NCBI GenBank assembly: GCA_036741355.1 | Contig: DAINSK010000001.1 | Coordinates: 19,047 to 83,046, forward strand | DNA from: Chloroflexota bacterium | Lineage (GTDB): Bacteria > Chloroflexota > Dehalococcoidia > CAUJGQ01 | Length of the DNA: 64,000 bases | Direction of reading: 5' to 3' | Shown here: piece by piece, positions 28,794 to 38,001 of the stretch | Position numbering within the stretch: position 1 is the first letter of the stretch | Layout: each line of letters starts with the position of its first letter | Program-made: the position numbers and the translations under genes | Notes under the pieces: model-generated | What the model saw: the letters and a program-made list of their open reading frames with translations, nothing else | Database searches by the model: none | Told to the model about the DNA's origin: nothing

Positions 28794-29138
28794 CTATTGG
28801 AAGCGCACGAGCGGAGCAGAACGGCTCCACAGCCCTTCGAGGTCGTAGAACTCGCGCTGCTCTCTCGAAAAGAGGTGGACGATCACGTCCTCGAAGTCGA
28901 GAAGTATCCAGCCCGACTCGGGGTCCCCTTCCTGGGAACCCATTTCGACGCCGGCCTGTTTCATCTCGCGGTCGAGCGTATCGATCAGGGCGTTCATCTG
29001 GCGTACGTTGCCCGCGGTGGCGATCACGAAGTAATCGGCGAACGTTGAGACTTTGCTGATATCGATCTGCGTGATGTCTTCGGCCTGGCGGTCGGAGAGG
29101 ATATCGACGAGACGTTGGGCGATGTCGGCAGAATCCAG
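28794..29138 (-). CDS. rsfS: Ribosome silencing factor RsfS (Iojap family), with an apparently non-canonical CTG start.
   Basis: Homology (DIAQRLVDILSDRQAEDITQIDISKVSTFADYFVIATAGNVRQMNALID...WILLDFEDVIVHLFSREQREFYDLEGLW) continues about 35 codons upstream of the first ATG/GTG/TTG. There is no canonical start before the in-frame TGA at about 29189. A GGAGA RBS lies 6 nt upstream of the CTG at 29136-29138. Confidence 0.65.
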   Translation of the reverse strand: MDSADIAQRLVDILSDRQAEDITQIDISKVSTFADYFVIATAGNVRQMNALIDTLDREMKQAGVEMGSQEGDPESGWILLDFEDVIVHLFSREQREFYDLEGLWSRSAPLVRFQ

Positions 29139-29223
29139 GCGCGTTCTCCGCTGTCGATCAGTTGGCCGACCGGCCCGCGGGGGTACCGGTTGGCCGGGTC
29201 ACTGAGGGTATACTCAATATACC

Positions 29224-30345
29224 ATGCGGGGCAGCCGGGCACGGCCGGCGTCGAGGAGCAGTTACTTGGCGAAGCCCAGGGTCATCGTTGGAATGAGCGG
29301 AGGCGTGGATTCGTCTGTAGCCGCGGCGCTGCTTCAGGAGCAGGGCTATGAGGTGATCGGCGTTACGATGCGTCTCTGGACCGTCGTCGACCCCGACGCG
29401 CCGGCAGGACGCAAGCAGTGCTGCTCCGTCGAGGACGTTAACGACGCCCGCAACGTCGCCCAGACGCTCGGCATTCCGCACTACACCTTGAACCTGGAAA
29501 AGCAATTCAACGCCGACGTAGTTAACTACTTCGTTCGCGAATACGAACACGGGCGCACGCCGAATCCGTGCCTGGCGTGCAACGAGCACATCAAGTTCAA
29601 GGCTCTGCTCGAGCGCGCCGTGGCGCTGGACGCGGATTACCTCGCCACGGGGCACTACGCGCGGCGGGAAGAGCGGGACGGCCGCTTCCACTTGCGGCGC
29701 GCCAGCGACACGGACAAGGACCAGTCCTACGTCCTTTATACCCTCGGCCAAGCAGAGCTACGCCGGGTGCTCTTTCCGCTTGGGGAGTACCGCAAGCCGG
29801 AGATCCGCGCCCTTGCGCAGCGATTCGGACTTGCCGTCGCCGACAAGCCGGATAGTGTCGAGATCTGTTTCATCCCCGGTAACGACTACCGCGGGTTCGT
29901 GGCCGCCAGGACTCCGCAGCGCCCGGGCGCGATCGTGAATGAGATCGGCGAAACTGTAGGCGAGCATGCTGGCGTGGCGGCTTTCACCGTCGGACAGCGG
30001 AAGGGGCTCGGGGCGTTTGGCGCCCGCCGCTTTGTCACCGCGATCCGACCCGAGCAGAATCTGGTCGTGATCGGGCCGGAAGAGTCGCTGCTTTCTCACA
30101 CGCTGTACGCTGAAAAGCTGTGCTGGGTCCAGGGCGAGCCGCCTTCACCACGGGACCCGGTTTCGGTGAAGATCCGCTACCGCAACACCCCGCTGGCGGC
30201 GAGCTTCGAGTTGCAGGACGGCACCGCGGCCGTAACCTTCGACCAGCCACAACGCGCCGTCACGCCAGGCCAGGCGGCCGTCTTCTACCGCGACGACGAA
30301 GTGCTCGGTGGAGGCACGATCTGCGCGGCGCCCGTGGCCGCGTAG
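29224..30345 (+). CDS. mnmA: tRNA-specific 2-thiouridylase.
   Basis: The PP-loop VIVGMSGGVDSSVAA, plus CCSVEDVNDARNVAQTLGIPHYTLN and catalytic Cys residues. The start may be TTG at about 29265 rather than 29224. Confidence 0.85.
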   Translation: MRGSRARPASRSSYLAKPRVIVGMSGGVDSSVAAALLQEQGYEVIGVTMRLWTVVDPDAPAGRKQCCSVEDVNDARNVAQTLGIPHYTLNLEKQFNADVVNYFVREYEHGRTPNPCLACNEHIKFKALLERAVALDADYLATGHYARREERDGRFHLRRASDTDKDQSYVLYTLGQAELRRVLFPLGEYRKPEIRALAQRFGLAVADKPDSVEICFIPGNDYRGFVAARTPQRPGAIVNEIGETVGEHAGVAAFTVGQRKGLGAFGARRFVTAIRPEQNLVVIGPEESLLSHTLYAEKLCWVQGEPPSPRDPVSVKIRYRNTPLAASFELQDGTAAVTFDQPQRAVTPGQAAVFYRDDEVLGGGTICAAPVAA

Positions 30346-30349
30346 GCAG

Positions 30350-30961
30350 ATGACATCGAAGCAACGAACGCCGGTCCCCCACGCCGACGGCTTCGTATCG
30401 CGTTACCTGAACCGCCCAGTTTCGCGCCCTGCCGCGCGATTGCTCGCGCATACGCCGGTAACACCGAACCAGGTGACGGCGCTCAGCACGCTGATCGCCC
30501 TCGGCGCCGGCTGGCTCCTGGCCGGCGGGCACAACGTCTGGGCCGGGTTCGCGGTCCACGTGTCGTCCGTGGTTGACGGTGTGGATGGCGACCTGGCCCG
30601 CGCAGCCAATCGTGCCAGCCGCTTCGGCGCGATATTCGACGCCGTGCTGGACCGCTACGCCGATGCCGCGATCCTCGGCTGCATGGCATGGTGGGCGTAC
30701 CGCAACGAAGGCTATCCGGCCGCGTTGCTCGTCGGCCTGGCAGCACTGACCGGCGCCTTCGCCGTCAGCTATTCGCGTGCCCGCGCCGAAGCGAGCGCGG
30801 GCACCACGCTCACCTCCGGCCCGCTTGGCATCGCGACGCGGGACGTGCGCCTGCTGATCGCGGCGGTGGGATGTGTCATCGGACAGGTGTACCTGGCGCT
30901 CGTCTTGATCGCCCTTGTTTCCAATCTGACCGTCGTCGCACGATTGATACGCCTGCGTTGA
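30350..30961 (+). CDS. CDP-alcohol phosphatidyltransferase family protein.
   Basis: The signature DGVDGDLARAANRASRFGAIFDAVLD (D-G-x2-A-R...G-x3-D-x3-D) in a multi-TM protein. Confidence 0.8.
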   Translation: MTSKQRTPVPHADGFVSRYLNRPVSRPAARLLAHTPVTPNQVTALSTLIALGAGWLLAGGHNVWAGFAVHVSSVVDGVDGDLARAANRASRFGAIFDAVLDRYADAAILGCMAWWAYRNEGYPAALLVGLAALTGAFAVSYSRARAEASAGTTLTSGPLGIATRDVRLLIAAVGCVIGQVYLALVLIALVSNLTVVARLIRLR

Positions 30962-31003
30962 TCCCATGCTACAATCAGGCGCAATAGCGTCCTGAGGAGC
31001 GAT

Positions 31004-31336
31004 ATGGGCACAACGCGCGATATCGTGATTATCATCTGGGGAATTACAAGCATCCTTTCCCTCATCGTCGTAATGCTCATCGCGCTCTTAATCGGTCTTT
31101 CAGTCAAGAACCTCGTCGGCACCGTCAACGACCTGGTTATCACGAGTGTGAAGCCGGTAATCGATACGTCGCAGCGAAGCATCGCCAACGTAACGGGGAC
31201 AGCGCAGTTTCTCGGCGATACTGTGGTAACGCCTGTGATCAAAGTCTTCAGCTTTGTGGCCGGCATTCGCCGTGGGATCGCGGTTTTCACCGGGCTGCGC
31301 AGCAAGCTGCCCGGCGGAGGCCGGGAACGCTCATGA
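31004..31336 (+). CDS. Small membrane-anchored protein (DUF948-like).
   Basis: An N-terminal TM helix followed by an amphipathic/coiled region; the DUF948 resemblance is tentative. Confidence 0.4.
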   Translation: MGTTRDIVIIIWGITSILSLIVVMLIALLIGLSVKNLVGTVNDLVITSVKPVIDTSQRSIANVTGTAQFLGDTVVTPVIKVFSFVAGIRRGIAVFTGLRSKLPGGGRERS

Positions 31337-31740
31337 GCGATAATAATCAATCGCAGGTGCCGGCGCGCAGGCTGCCGCCGGCCGCACAGACCACGATTCG
31401 CCGCCTGAGGCACCAACTACGAAGCGTTCGCGCGCGGCTGCAAAAGCTGATCGACCGGCGTCGTGCAGCGCCAGGGCCCGGACACCGTCCTGACGGAACG
31501 ATCGTCGCGCCGAGCCCGGCGGCCCATCCCCAAGCGCGCCCGACGGGAGGACCACTATCCCAGGTTACCAGGCCATTTACGGGCGTATTCGGTGCACTGC
31601 GCGACCACTGGAACGACTCGGTGCGCGAAGCGAGGTTTGCCGCCCGGGACAAAGAGGCGGACATGCGGGCGGATTACGAGCGCCGCGTACAGCACGACTC
31701 GCGTCTGCACGCCGTGCAGCGCAACCGGAAACAGGATTAG
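31333..31740 (+). CDS. Hypothetical protein.
   Basis: Overlaps the preceding gene by ATGA; basic/coiled-coil composition with no motif recognised. Confidence 0.35.
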   Translation: MSDNNQSQVPARRLPPAAQTTIRRLRHQLRSVRARLQKLIDRRRAAPGPGHRPDGTIVAPSPAAHPQARPTGGPLSQVTRPFTGVFGALRDHWNDSVREARFAARDKEADMRADYERRVQHDSRLHAVQRNRKQD

Positions 31741-31777
31741 CTTCAACTTTTAGCGGCTGATTCAGTGCGTCTGCCGG

Positions 31778-31864
31778 CGGAGAGGGTGGGATTCGAACCC
31801 ACGAGACGGTTGCCCGCCTACACGATTTCCAGTCGTGCCTGATCGGCCACTCCAGCACCTCTCC
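31778..31864 (-). tRNA. tRNA-Ser (anticodon GGA).
   Basis: On the minus strand: acceptor GGAGAGG/CCTCTCC, D-loop GCTGGAGTGG, anticodon loop CUGGAAA, a long variable arm, T-loop GGTTCGAATCC, and discriminator G. Confidence 0.8.
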
Positions 31865-31965
31865 CTTCCGTCCGCGGGCCAGGCGGACGATGCCCAGACT
31901 GACGAAGCGGGAAGCCCATGGCTTCCCGCTTCACATCTGCTACGTTTGCCGACCAGGTAGCGCGG

Positions 31966-32049
31966 CGGAGAGGGTGGGATTCGAACCCACGAGGCTCATC
32001 GCCTACCGCTTTTCGAGAGCGGCACCTTCAACCACTCGGACACCTCTCC
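31966..32049 (-). tRNA. tRNA-Ser (anticodon CGA).
   Basis: On the minus strand: acceptor GGAGAGG, anticodon stem-loop CCGCT-CUCGAAA-AGCGG, a long variable arm, and T-loop GGTTCGAATCC. Confidence 0.8.
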
Positions 32050-32159
32050 GGGCGGTCAGCGCCTCTCAGTGTACCATGCCCTCCGTGACGGGAGGGACGG
32101 CAACTCGTCGGCCGACCCAACGCCGCAACGCGAGGCTGCTCCAAACCACCGACTGGAAC

Positions 32160-33650
32160 CTACGGCCTCGGTGTTGGCGTACCGGTTGGGCCGGGCGTTG
32201 GAGATGGGCTCGGTCCCGGTGTCGGAGTTGCGGTCGGCGGCGGCGTTTGCACCGGCAGCGCCTGGCCGCCTTCGAGGTGAGCGGACGTTTCGTAAGTACC
32301 GTTCGCGGTGGGGAAGCCAACGGCGCCGTGCGCCGGCAACAACACCGGGATCGCCTGCCACAACGGCACGCCGTTGACGATGGGCGGATTCGCGATTAGA
32401 CCGAAGACAAGCTCCTGGTACGGGTAATCAGCGACCGTGAACGGCCCGCTCTTGTATTCGTTTGAGCCGTAGACCGGCCGCGGCCACTTCAGCGACGGAT
32501 CATCGGGATTGCCATGCGACGTAATGCCGTAGTACGCCCACACGGCGAAATACCAGTCTTCGATAATGCGCGGGTCGCGCCGCCCGTACACCGGCAGATG
32601 GTCCGGCGCCATGTTCCACTTCGCGAGCAGGATCTGGGCCCCCGCCGCCGCGTTGTAGCGGTAATCGGTGCCGATGAGGTTCTGGCGCGCCGTCGGCGCC
32701 GCAATGCTCTCCATGCCCGTGTAGACCTGTACCAGGCCGTACGCGCACGCCGACGACGTGATCGTTCTTCCCTGGCTGCCGCGAGATACGGCGCGACCGG
32801 CCTGGCTCCAATTCGATTCGACCCACGCGATCGCCTTCAGCAGGGTCGGCGGGATATAGCCCGGCATCGTGAGCGCCGGATCACCGGTGCCGTAATGCGC
32901 CGCCGCAAGCTGAAACGACGGATCGCTGATCAGCCCGTTCACGCCCGCGCGGTTCAATGCCTCGGCCACCTCGGACACCTGTGGCTGGTACGACTGAAAG
33001 TCGTAGCAGGACGGTCCGTTTGAGCCGGTGCCCGTCGGCGATGCGACCTGGACGAAGTACGCCTGGCCCTGAATCAACGTTTGAAAGTCGCTGACCTGGG
33101 GCGCGTTGGCATCGAATAGGTCCCAGTGCTGCAGGGGCGCGTTCCAGTGCCAGACAGATGCGTACGTGGCGCCGTACGAAGCCAGTGCGTCTCTCACCGG
33201 CGCCGTCGGACTCGCCTGAGCGACGTTGTTCCAGCCCCTCTGCAGTTGCCGCGACGAGCCACCACCGCCCGATATGCCGACCGGCAGGATCGCCGGTTGC
33301 AGCATGTGGATCCAGTAGGCGCCGCCCTGCGTCAGGTCGGTGAAATCGCTCGTCTCAGGCGCCCGCGGATTGAACGTCCGCCAGCGCTGCGTCGCCGCGT
33401 CCCACTGGTCAAATCCGTCGTATTGGCCCGGTATTCCGGAGAGCGCGGCCAGCACGGGTTGCGCCGGCCCCAAGTAGCCGAAGTTGTTCCAGCCGGTGAC
33501 AAGTGGAACCGGCATCGTTTGCGCAACGGCCACGGGCGCCTCATGGCCCACCGCCAATAGCAGCACGACCATCAACATCAGTGTCGCGCGCGCGGACCGG
33601 CGGAGAAGCAAGGGTGCGGGACGGGGCATGAAACCTCGCTGAGGGTGCAT
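32160..33650 (-). CDS. Secreted protein with a lytic-transglycosylase-like (SLT) domain and a Pro/Thr-rich C-terminal tail.
   Basis: A signal peptide, then LLKAIAWVESNWSQ ... CAYGLVQV (an E-S ... GLxQ pattern as in SLT domains), and a C-terminal TPPPTATPTPGPSPSPTPGPTGTPTP low-complexity linker. Confidence 0.5.
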   Translation of the reverse strand: MHPQRGFMPRPAPLLLRRSARATLMLMVVLLLAVGHEAPVAVAQTMPVPLVTGWNNFGYLGPAQPVLAALSGIPGQYDGFDQWDAATQRWRTFNPRAPETSDFTDLTQGGAYWIHMLQPAILPVGISGGGGSSRQLQRGWNNVAQASPTAPVRDALASYGATYASVWHWNAPLQHWDLFDANAPQVSDFQTLIQGQAYFVQVASPTGTGSNGPSCYDFQSYQPQVSEVAEALNRAGVNGLISDPSFQLAAAHYGTGDPALTMPGYIPPTLLKAIAWVESNWSQAGRAVSRGSQGRTITSSACAYGLVQVYTGMESIAAPTARQNLIGTDYRYNAAAGAQILLAKWNMAPDHLPVYGRRDPRIIEDWYFAVWAYYGITSHGNPDDPSLKWPRPVYGSNEYKSGPFTVADYPYQELVFGLIANPPIVNGVPLWQAIPVLLPAHGAVGFPTANGTYETSAHLEGGQALPVQTPPPTATPTPGPSPSPTPGPTGTPTPRP

Positions 33651-33712
33651 CGCTGGAGAGAACCGGCGCTCCTGGGCTTACGCGGCTCTTACAATAGACT
33701 GTATAAATACTA

Positions 33713-34351
33713 TCACTTCGACTCGGCGGGCGGCAGCCTCCCCTCCGAGTCTGGTACCGTAGCTGGCGTTTCGCGCGCACGCTGTACGTGTCGCCAGATA
33801 AACCAGCCGACCGCGATGACGACGACCGCCGCGATCGGATAGTCGAATGGCCGTATCACATCGCTGATCTCTTTCCAATCCTTGCCGAGCAGGTAACCGG
33901 CCCAGGCGAGGGCAAACGACCAGACCAGCGAACCGACGAAGGTCAGCACGGTAAACAGGCCAATGCGCATGCGGGCGATGCCGGCCGGGAAGCTGATGAA
34001 CGTCCGCACAACCGGCAACACTCGGGAGACAAGAACCGCGATCGGTCCGCGCCGTTCGAAGAACCGCTCGGCTCTGTCCAGGTCGTGACCCGTGATCAGC
34101 ACGAATCGACCGTAGCGTTCGAGCAGCGGCCGTCCCCCGTAGTCGCCGATGTAATAGGCGACGACCGACCCGACAGTGTTGCCAAGGGCGCCAAGTCCGG
34201 CGGCCAACAGTACGTAACCGAAGCCGTGGCCCTTGTCCTGCACTAGGAACCAGCCGGCCAGCGGCATGATTATCTCGCTGGGGACGGGAATGCCGGCGCT
34301 TTCGACCGCCATCAGCAGCACGACGCCGGTCCAGCCGATGGTGCTGTACAC
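33713..34351 (-). CDS. DedA/SNARE-associated family membrane protein.
   Basis: The DedA pattern (VLLMAVESAGIPVPSEIIMPLAGW ... RVLPVVRTFISFPAGIARM). Confidence 0.8.
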   Translation of the reverse strand: MYSTIGWTGVVLLMAVESAGIPVPSEIIMPLAGWFLVQDKGHGFGYVLLAAGLGALGNTVGSVVAYYIGDYGGRPLLERYGRFVLITGHDLDRAERFFERRGPIAVLVSRVLPVVRTFISFPAGIARMRIGLFTVLTFVGSLVWSFALAWAGYLLGKDWKEISDVIRPFDYPIAAVVVIAVGWFIWRHVQRARETPATVPDSEGRLPPAESK

Positions 34352-34571
34352 GTGCCGGACGAAATCGAGAATGGACTGTTCCAGTTGCGCGCTCAGGTCG
34401 TGCTCCCGGAGTGCCGCCGGCTCGGGACGGGATTTGTGCCGGACACTTCGTCAACCTTAGCAACGCTCTTTTTCGCGGGTCAACGGAGGAGCCTCGCTCT
34501 CGCTCTGCGGCGCCGCCGTCGGTAAACAAGGGTCGCCTGTTACACTCGCGTCAGTAACAGTTGAGGAAACC

Positions 34572-35258
34572 ATGCTAATCGCGTTGGGCAGGCTCGCCGA
34601 CAATCCGCGGGCCGCCATCACTCTTCTGGTCGCGCTCTGTATTGCGTTTATTATTGGCATTGCATTTCATGAGTTCAGCCACGCCTTCGTCGCCTACTTG
34701 CTCGGCGATACTACTGCCCAATCGCAGGGCCGGCTCACACTCAACCCGATCAAACACCTCGATCCTTTTGGCACACTGCTGCTGTTCCTCGTCGGATTTG
34801 GCTGGGGTAAACCGACGCCGGTTAACCCGTATCGGTTGAGGAACGGCCCGGTTATGGGAATGGCGCTCGTGTCGGCCGCCGGTCCAATTTCGAACTTTCT
34901 GATGGCCTCAATCATCGCCTTGCCGCTCAGATTCGGTCTCGTCAAGTTCAACGACTTCATACCTCTGAGAAACTGGGCGTTCGGTAATTACATTGCCTTG
35001 CTGCTCTTCTATGTCGTCGTGATCAACGTCGTGCTTGGCATTTTCAATTTGATACCGATAGCGCCTCTCGACGGTGCAAAGATCGCCGGCGGTATCCTCC
35101 CGGGTGAGCTCGGCGACCTGTTCCGCCGTCTAGAGCCGTACGGACCCGGCATCTTGATGGTGATGTTCGCGCTGTCGTGGCTATCGCCGCGGTACAGCAT
35201 CTTCGCCGCCGTCATCAATCCACTTGAAAATCGAATCCTGCGCGTGCTGGTCGGGTGA
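34572..35258 (+). CDS. Site-2 protease family (peptidase M50) intramembrane metalloprotease.
   Basis: HEFSHA (HExxH) in TM1, and NLIPIAPLDG (the LDG motif) in a later TM segment. Confidence 0.8.
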   Translation: MLIALGRLADNPRAAITLLVALCIAFIIGIAFHEFSHAFVAYLLGDTTAQSQGRLTLNPIKHLDPFGTLLLFLVGFGWGKPTPVNPYRLRNGPVMGMALVSAAGPISNFLMASIIALPLRFGLVKFNDFIPLRNWAFGNYIALLLFYVVVINVVLGIFNLIPIAPLDGAKIAGGILPGELGDLFRRLEPYGPGILMVMFALSWLSPRYSIFAAVINPLENRILRVLVG

Positions 35259-35264
35259 CCGGCA

Positions 35265-35762
35265 ATGACCCGCGGACCGCTCTATCGACTCAAGCAGTTC
35301 GGTCGCGCGTTTCGAGCAAAGCCGAGCACCGACGCCCTTCGCTGGGCACGGTCAAAGCTGACGGCGGAGCAGTGGGATCTCTTCGTCACGATGTCTCCGC
35401 GCGATCAGTGGCACTGCATCCAGACGTTGCGCTTGCTGCGCGGGCCGCGACGGACTGATCCAGATGTGGTGCAGGCAGCCTTACTTCACGACGTGGGCAA
35501 GGGTCGCATATTTATGCGAGACCGCGTGTCATACGTACTTTTGTCCCGTGTTCCGTGGCTTCTGAAGCGACTGTCATCGGAGAACGGCCCTGGCTGGCGC
35601 AACGCGCTGCACCGTAGCCGCCGTCATCCGGACATAGGCGCACGGCTGGCGCACGAGGCCGGCGCCAGCCCAAGAGCCGTGCAGCTAATTCGGAGGCACC
35701 ATCGCCCTCCCCGCGGCGACGAGGCTGCCCTCGCCCTCGCGGCCGCCGACGACCGGGCCTAG
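35265..35762 (+). CDS. HD domain phosphohydrolase.
   Basis: An H...HD pattern: ALLHDVGK. Confidence 0.6.
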   Translation: MTRGPLYRLKQFGRAFRAKPSTDALRWARSKLTAEQWDLFVTMSPRDQWHCIQTLRLLRGPRRTDPDVVQAALLHDVGKGRIFMRDRVSYVLLSRVPWLLKRLSSENGPGWRNALHRSRRHPDIGARLAHEAGASPRAVQLIRRHHRPPRGDEAALALAAADDRA

Positions 35763-35803
35763 TGCTCGAGCTAACGTTCGCCCTGGGGCGAGGGTGCGCC
35801 GGC

Positions 35804-36340
35804 TCAGTCATCGCCGCGCGCATCTGTTAGTTCGAACTCGATGTATTCACCATCGTCCGGGTCTTCGGCCGCGAAGTAGCCAAGGAGATACGATTTGCCC
35901 CCGCTTGCCCGCGCGGCCAGCGTCAGATAGCCGCCCTCTTCAAAGTGTACGAAAGCCTGCATTCCTTCTTCGTCCCACCCGAGGTCGAAGATCGTGCGAT
36001 CAACAGCGCCCTGCCACGACTCCGTGCGGAAACCATGGTCATCTGGGAGCGTAAACTCATCCGGCGGCGGGCCGATCTCACCCTCGAGCTCGTCGAAGAT
36101 GAAGTAGTTGCTGTACGGGGCCGGGCCGTCGCAGAATCGGTCGAGCAGGATTACCCCCTCTTCGTCTATGCGCGAGGCGTACGTCAGGTACTTGCCGTCA
36201 GTAAAAGTCAGGTAGACCGTCGCAAATTCGCCTTCGACGTTGAGTCGGGCGACTTTCCGGCCAATGGCGTTGGATGCGTCGTCGGGTTCGAGTGGTTCGT
36301 AAGGGATGTCTGGACCGGCGGGCGAAACCACCCGTAGCAT
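35804..36340 (-). CDS. Hypothetical protein.
   Basis: An acidic ORF (MLRVVSPAGPDIPYEPLEPDD...), probably starting at the internal ATG near 36338; the 5' extension in the ORF track is doubtful. Confidence 0.35.
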   Translation of the reverse strand: MLRVVSPAGPDIPYEPLEPDDASNAIGRKVARLNVEGEFATVYLTFTDGKYLTYASRIDEEGVILLDRFCDGPAPYSNYFIFDELEGEIGPPPDEFTLPDDHGFRTESWQGAVDRTIFDLGWDEEGMQAFVHFEEGGYLTLAARASGGKSYLLGYFAAEDPDDGEYIEFELTDARGDD

Positions 36341-36577
36341 GTCACCCGGCGCAATTGTGAACTGCCGAGCAGGCTGCTCCGTCGGTTCGGCGTTCGCCCA
36401 CTGCTGTTGGTGTTGTGGAGGAGGATCGTTCAAACTTCTGGTCGCTCTTCGGAGAACCGGGTCTGCACCGCGTGACGCTTTAATCAGCGTATCATGGAGA
36501 CCCAAACCCGGGCGCCGCGTGCCCTCACCCCCGGCCCCTCTCCCAATACTGGGCGAGGGGAGCTTGGATTCGGAGCT

Positions 36578-36761
36578 GTACCGATGGGGGCAAGCCCGCG
36601 ATGACCGTCGCGACTTGGTGCAGCGGTCCAAGAGCAGTGGTCGCGGAGTGGCGTTAGTTACACAAAGCAACAGGTAGCACCCCAGAAGCATTGCTCCAGG
36701 GGCATGAACTAGAGCAGCTCAGCTGGTGTGAACGGGGGCGAGCCCCCGATAACCGTCGGAC
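36578..36761 (+). repeat. Two ~35-nt imperfect direct repeats about 150 nt apart in the leader of the acyl-CoA dehydrogenase gene.
   Basis: 36578-36614 GTACCGATGGGGGCAAGCCCGCGATGACCGTCGCGAC versus 36728-36761 GTGAACGGGGGCGAGCCCCCGATAACCGTCGGAC. Each contains a short hairpin GGGGGC-NN-GCCC(C/G)C. Confidence 0.5.
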
Positions 36762-36815
36762 CAGTACCCGGCTGCGCGCTTAGGCGTAGGGGTCGACTTT
36801 CAATGGAGACTTCCC

Positions 36816-37973
36816 ATGAACTTTACGTTTTCGGCTGAAGAGCAGCGGCTGCGGAACGACCTGCGAGGGTTTCTGGACCTTGCGCTCGGCAAGGACTGGA
36901 ACGGGGCTGCCAGCGATATTGGTACCGAAGATTTCGAGTCGCAGCGGCGGTTCAACAAGCAGCTCGCTGCAAAGGGCTGGATAGCGCCGGCCTGGCCCAA
37001 GGAATACGGCGGCCTGGGTGCTTCTCATATCGAGCAGATGATCTTCTCAGAGGAGCTTGCTTATCGCCGGGCTCCTAACGGTCAGCGCGTGTTCAGCGTC
37101 GGCATGATCGGTCCGACGCTTATCATTCACGGCACCGAGGAACAGAAGCGCGAACACCTGCCGCGGATCACGAGCGGCGAAGTCGCGTGGTGCCAGGGAT
37201 ACTCCGAACCGGGCGCGGGATCCGACCTCGCGTCTTTACAGACGCGCGCCGAGCGAGACGGCGACGACTACGTCATCAACGGCCAGAAGATCTGGACGAC
37301 CGGCGCGCACGTGTCGGACTGGATCTTTCTGGTCGCCCGAAGCGACCAGAACGCTCCGAAACACAAGGGCATCAGCTTTCTGCTCGTCGACATGAAGACC
37401 CCCGGCGTGACGGTGCGGCCCCTGATCAACATGGCCGACCGCCACGAGTTCAACGAGGTCTTTTTCGAAGACGTGCGTGTCCCGCGTCGCAACCTTGTGG
37501 GCGCCGAGAACAACGGTTGGTACGTGGCGATGACGCTGCTCGACTTCGAACGCTCGTCGGTCGGCGTTTCCGCTTCGGGACGGCGAACTCTGGAGGAGAT
37601 CACCGCATTTTGCCGCGACAAGGGAGGAATCGACGAAGTAAAGCGGCTGCAGCTCGCAGAAACGGCGATTGAGATCGAGGTCGCCCGAATGATGAGCTAC
37701 CGAGTCGCATGGATGCAGCAGGCCGACCTGCACCCGAGCCACGAGGCTAGCATGGTAAAGGTTTTCGGCACAGAAATGATGCAGCGACTCTACAACGTGG
37801 CCTTCAACCTGCTGCAGCAGTACGGCCAGTTGGCTCCAGACTCACGCTGGGCGCCGCTACAAGGACGCGTCGAACAGGGGTATCTCTGGAACGTCGCCCC
37901 CACGATCTACAGCGGCTCCAACGAAATCCAGCGCAACATCATCGCCACCCGCGGCCTCGGTCTGCCGCGTTAA
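36816..37973 (+). CDS. Acyl-CoA dehydrogenase family protein (paralogue of 16996-18174).
   Basis: KGWIAPAWPKEYGG, GYSEPGAGSDLASLQTRA, GSNEIQRNIIATRGLGLPR; a GGAGA RBS. Confidence 0.8.
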   Translation: MNFTFSAEEQRLRNDLRGFLDLALGKDWNGAASDIGTEDFESQRRFNKQLAAKGWIAPAWPKEYGGLGASHIEQMIFSEELAYRRAPNGQRVFSVGMIGPTLIIHGTEEQKREHLPRITSGEVAWCQGYSEPGAGSDLASLQTRAERDGDDYVINGQKIWTTGAHVSDWIFLVARSDQNAPKHKGISFLLVDMKTPGVTVRPLINMADRHEFNEVFFEDVRVPRRNLVGAENNGWYVAMTLLDFERSSVGVSASGRRTLEEITAFCRDKGGIDEVKRLQLAETAIEIEVARMMSYRVAWMQQADLHPSHEASMVKVFGTEMMQRLYNVAFNLLQQYGQLAPDSRWAPLQGRVEQGYLWNVAPTIYSGSNEIQRNIIATRGLGLPR

Positions 37974-38001
37974 CACGCCGGCGGGTCTCCCCGTCGCGGA
38001 G

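Noticed and set aside
33678-34529. 283-aa minus-strand ORF overlapping the DedA gene
   Set aside because: It is in a different frame from the convincing DedA-family ORF (33713-34351). Its composition (Arg/Gly/Ala-rich) is that of an overlapping-frame artefact.
36523-36565. Possible dispersed REP-like element (ACCCCCGGCCCCTCTCCC...GGGCGAGGGGAG) shared with about 47026 and about 45215
   Set aside because: Only three loose matches. Two are explained as convergent terminator stems and one lies in coding sequence (a GEG-encoding stretch). That is not enough to call a repeat family, and the local hairpin is reported under the leader-structure finding.
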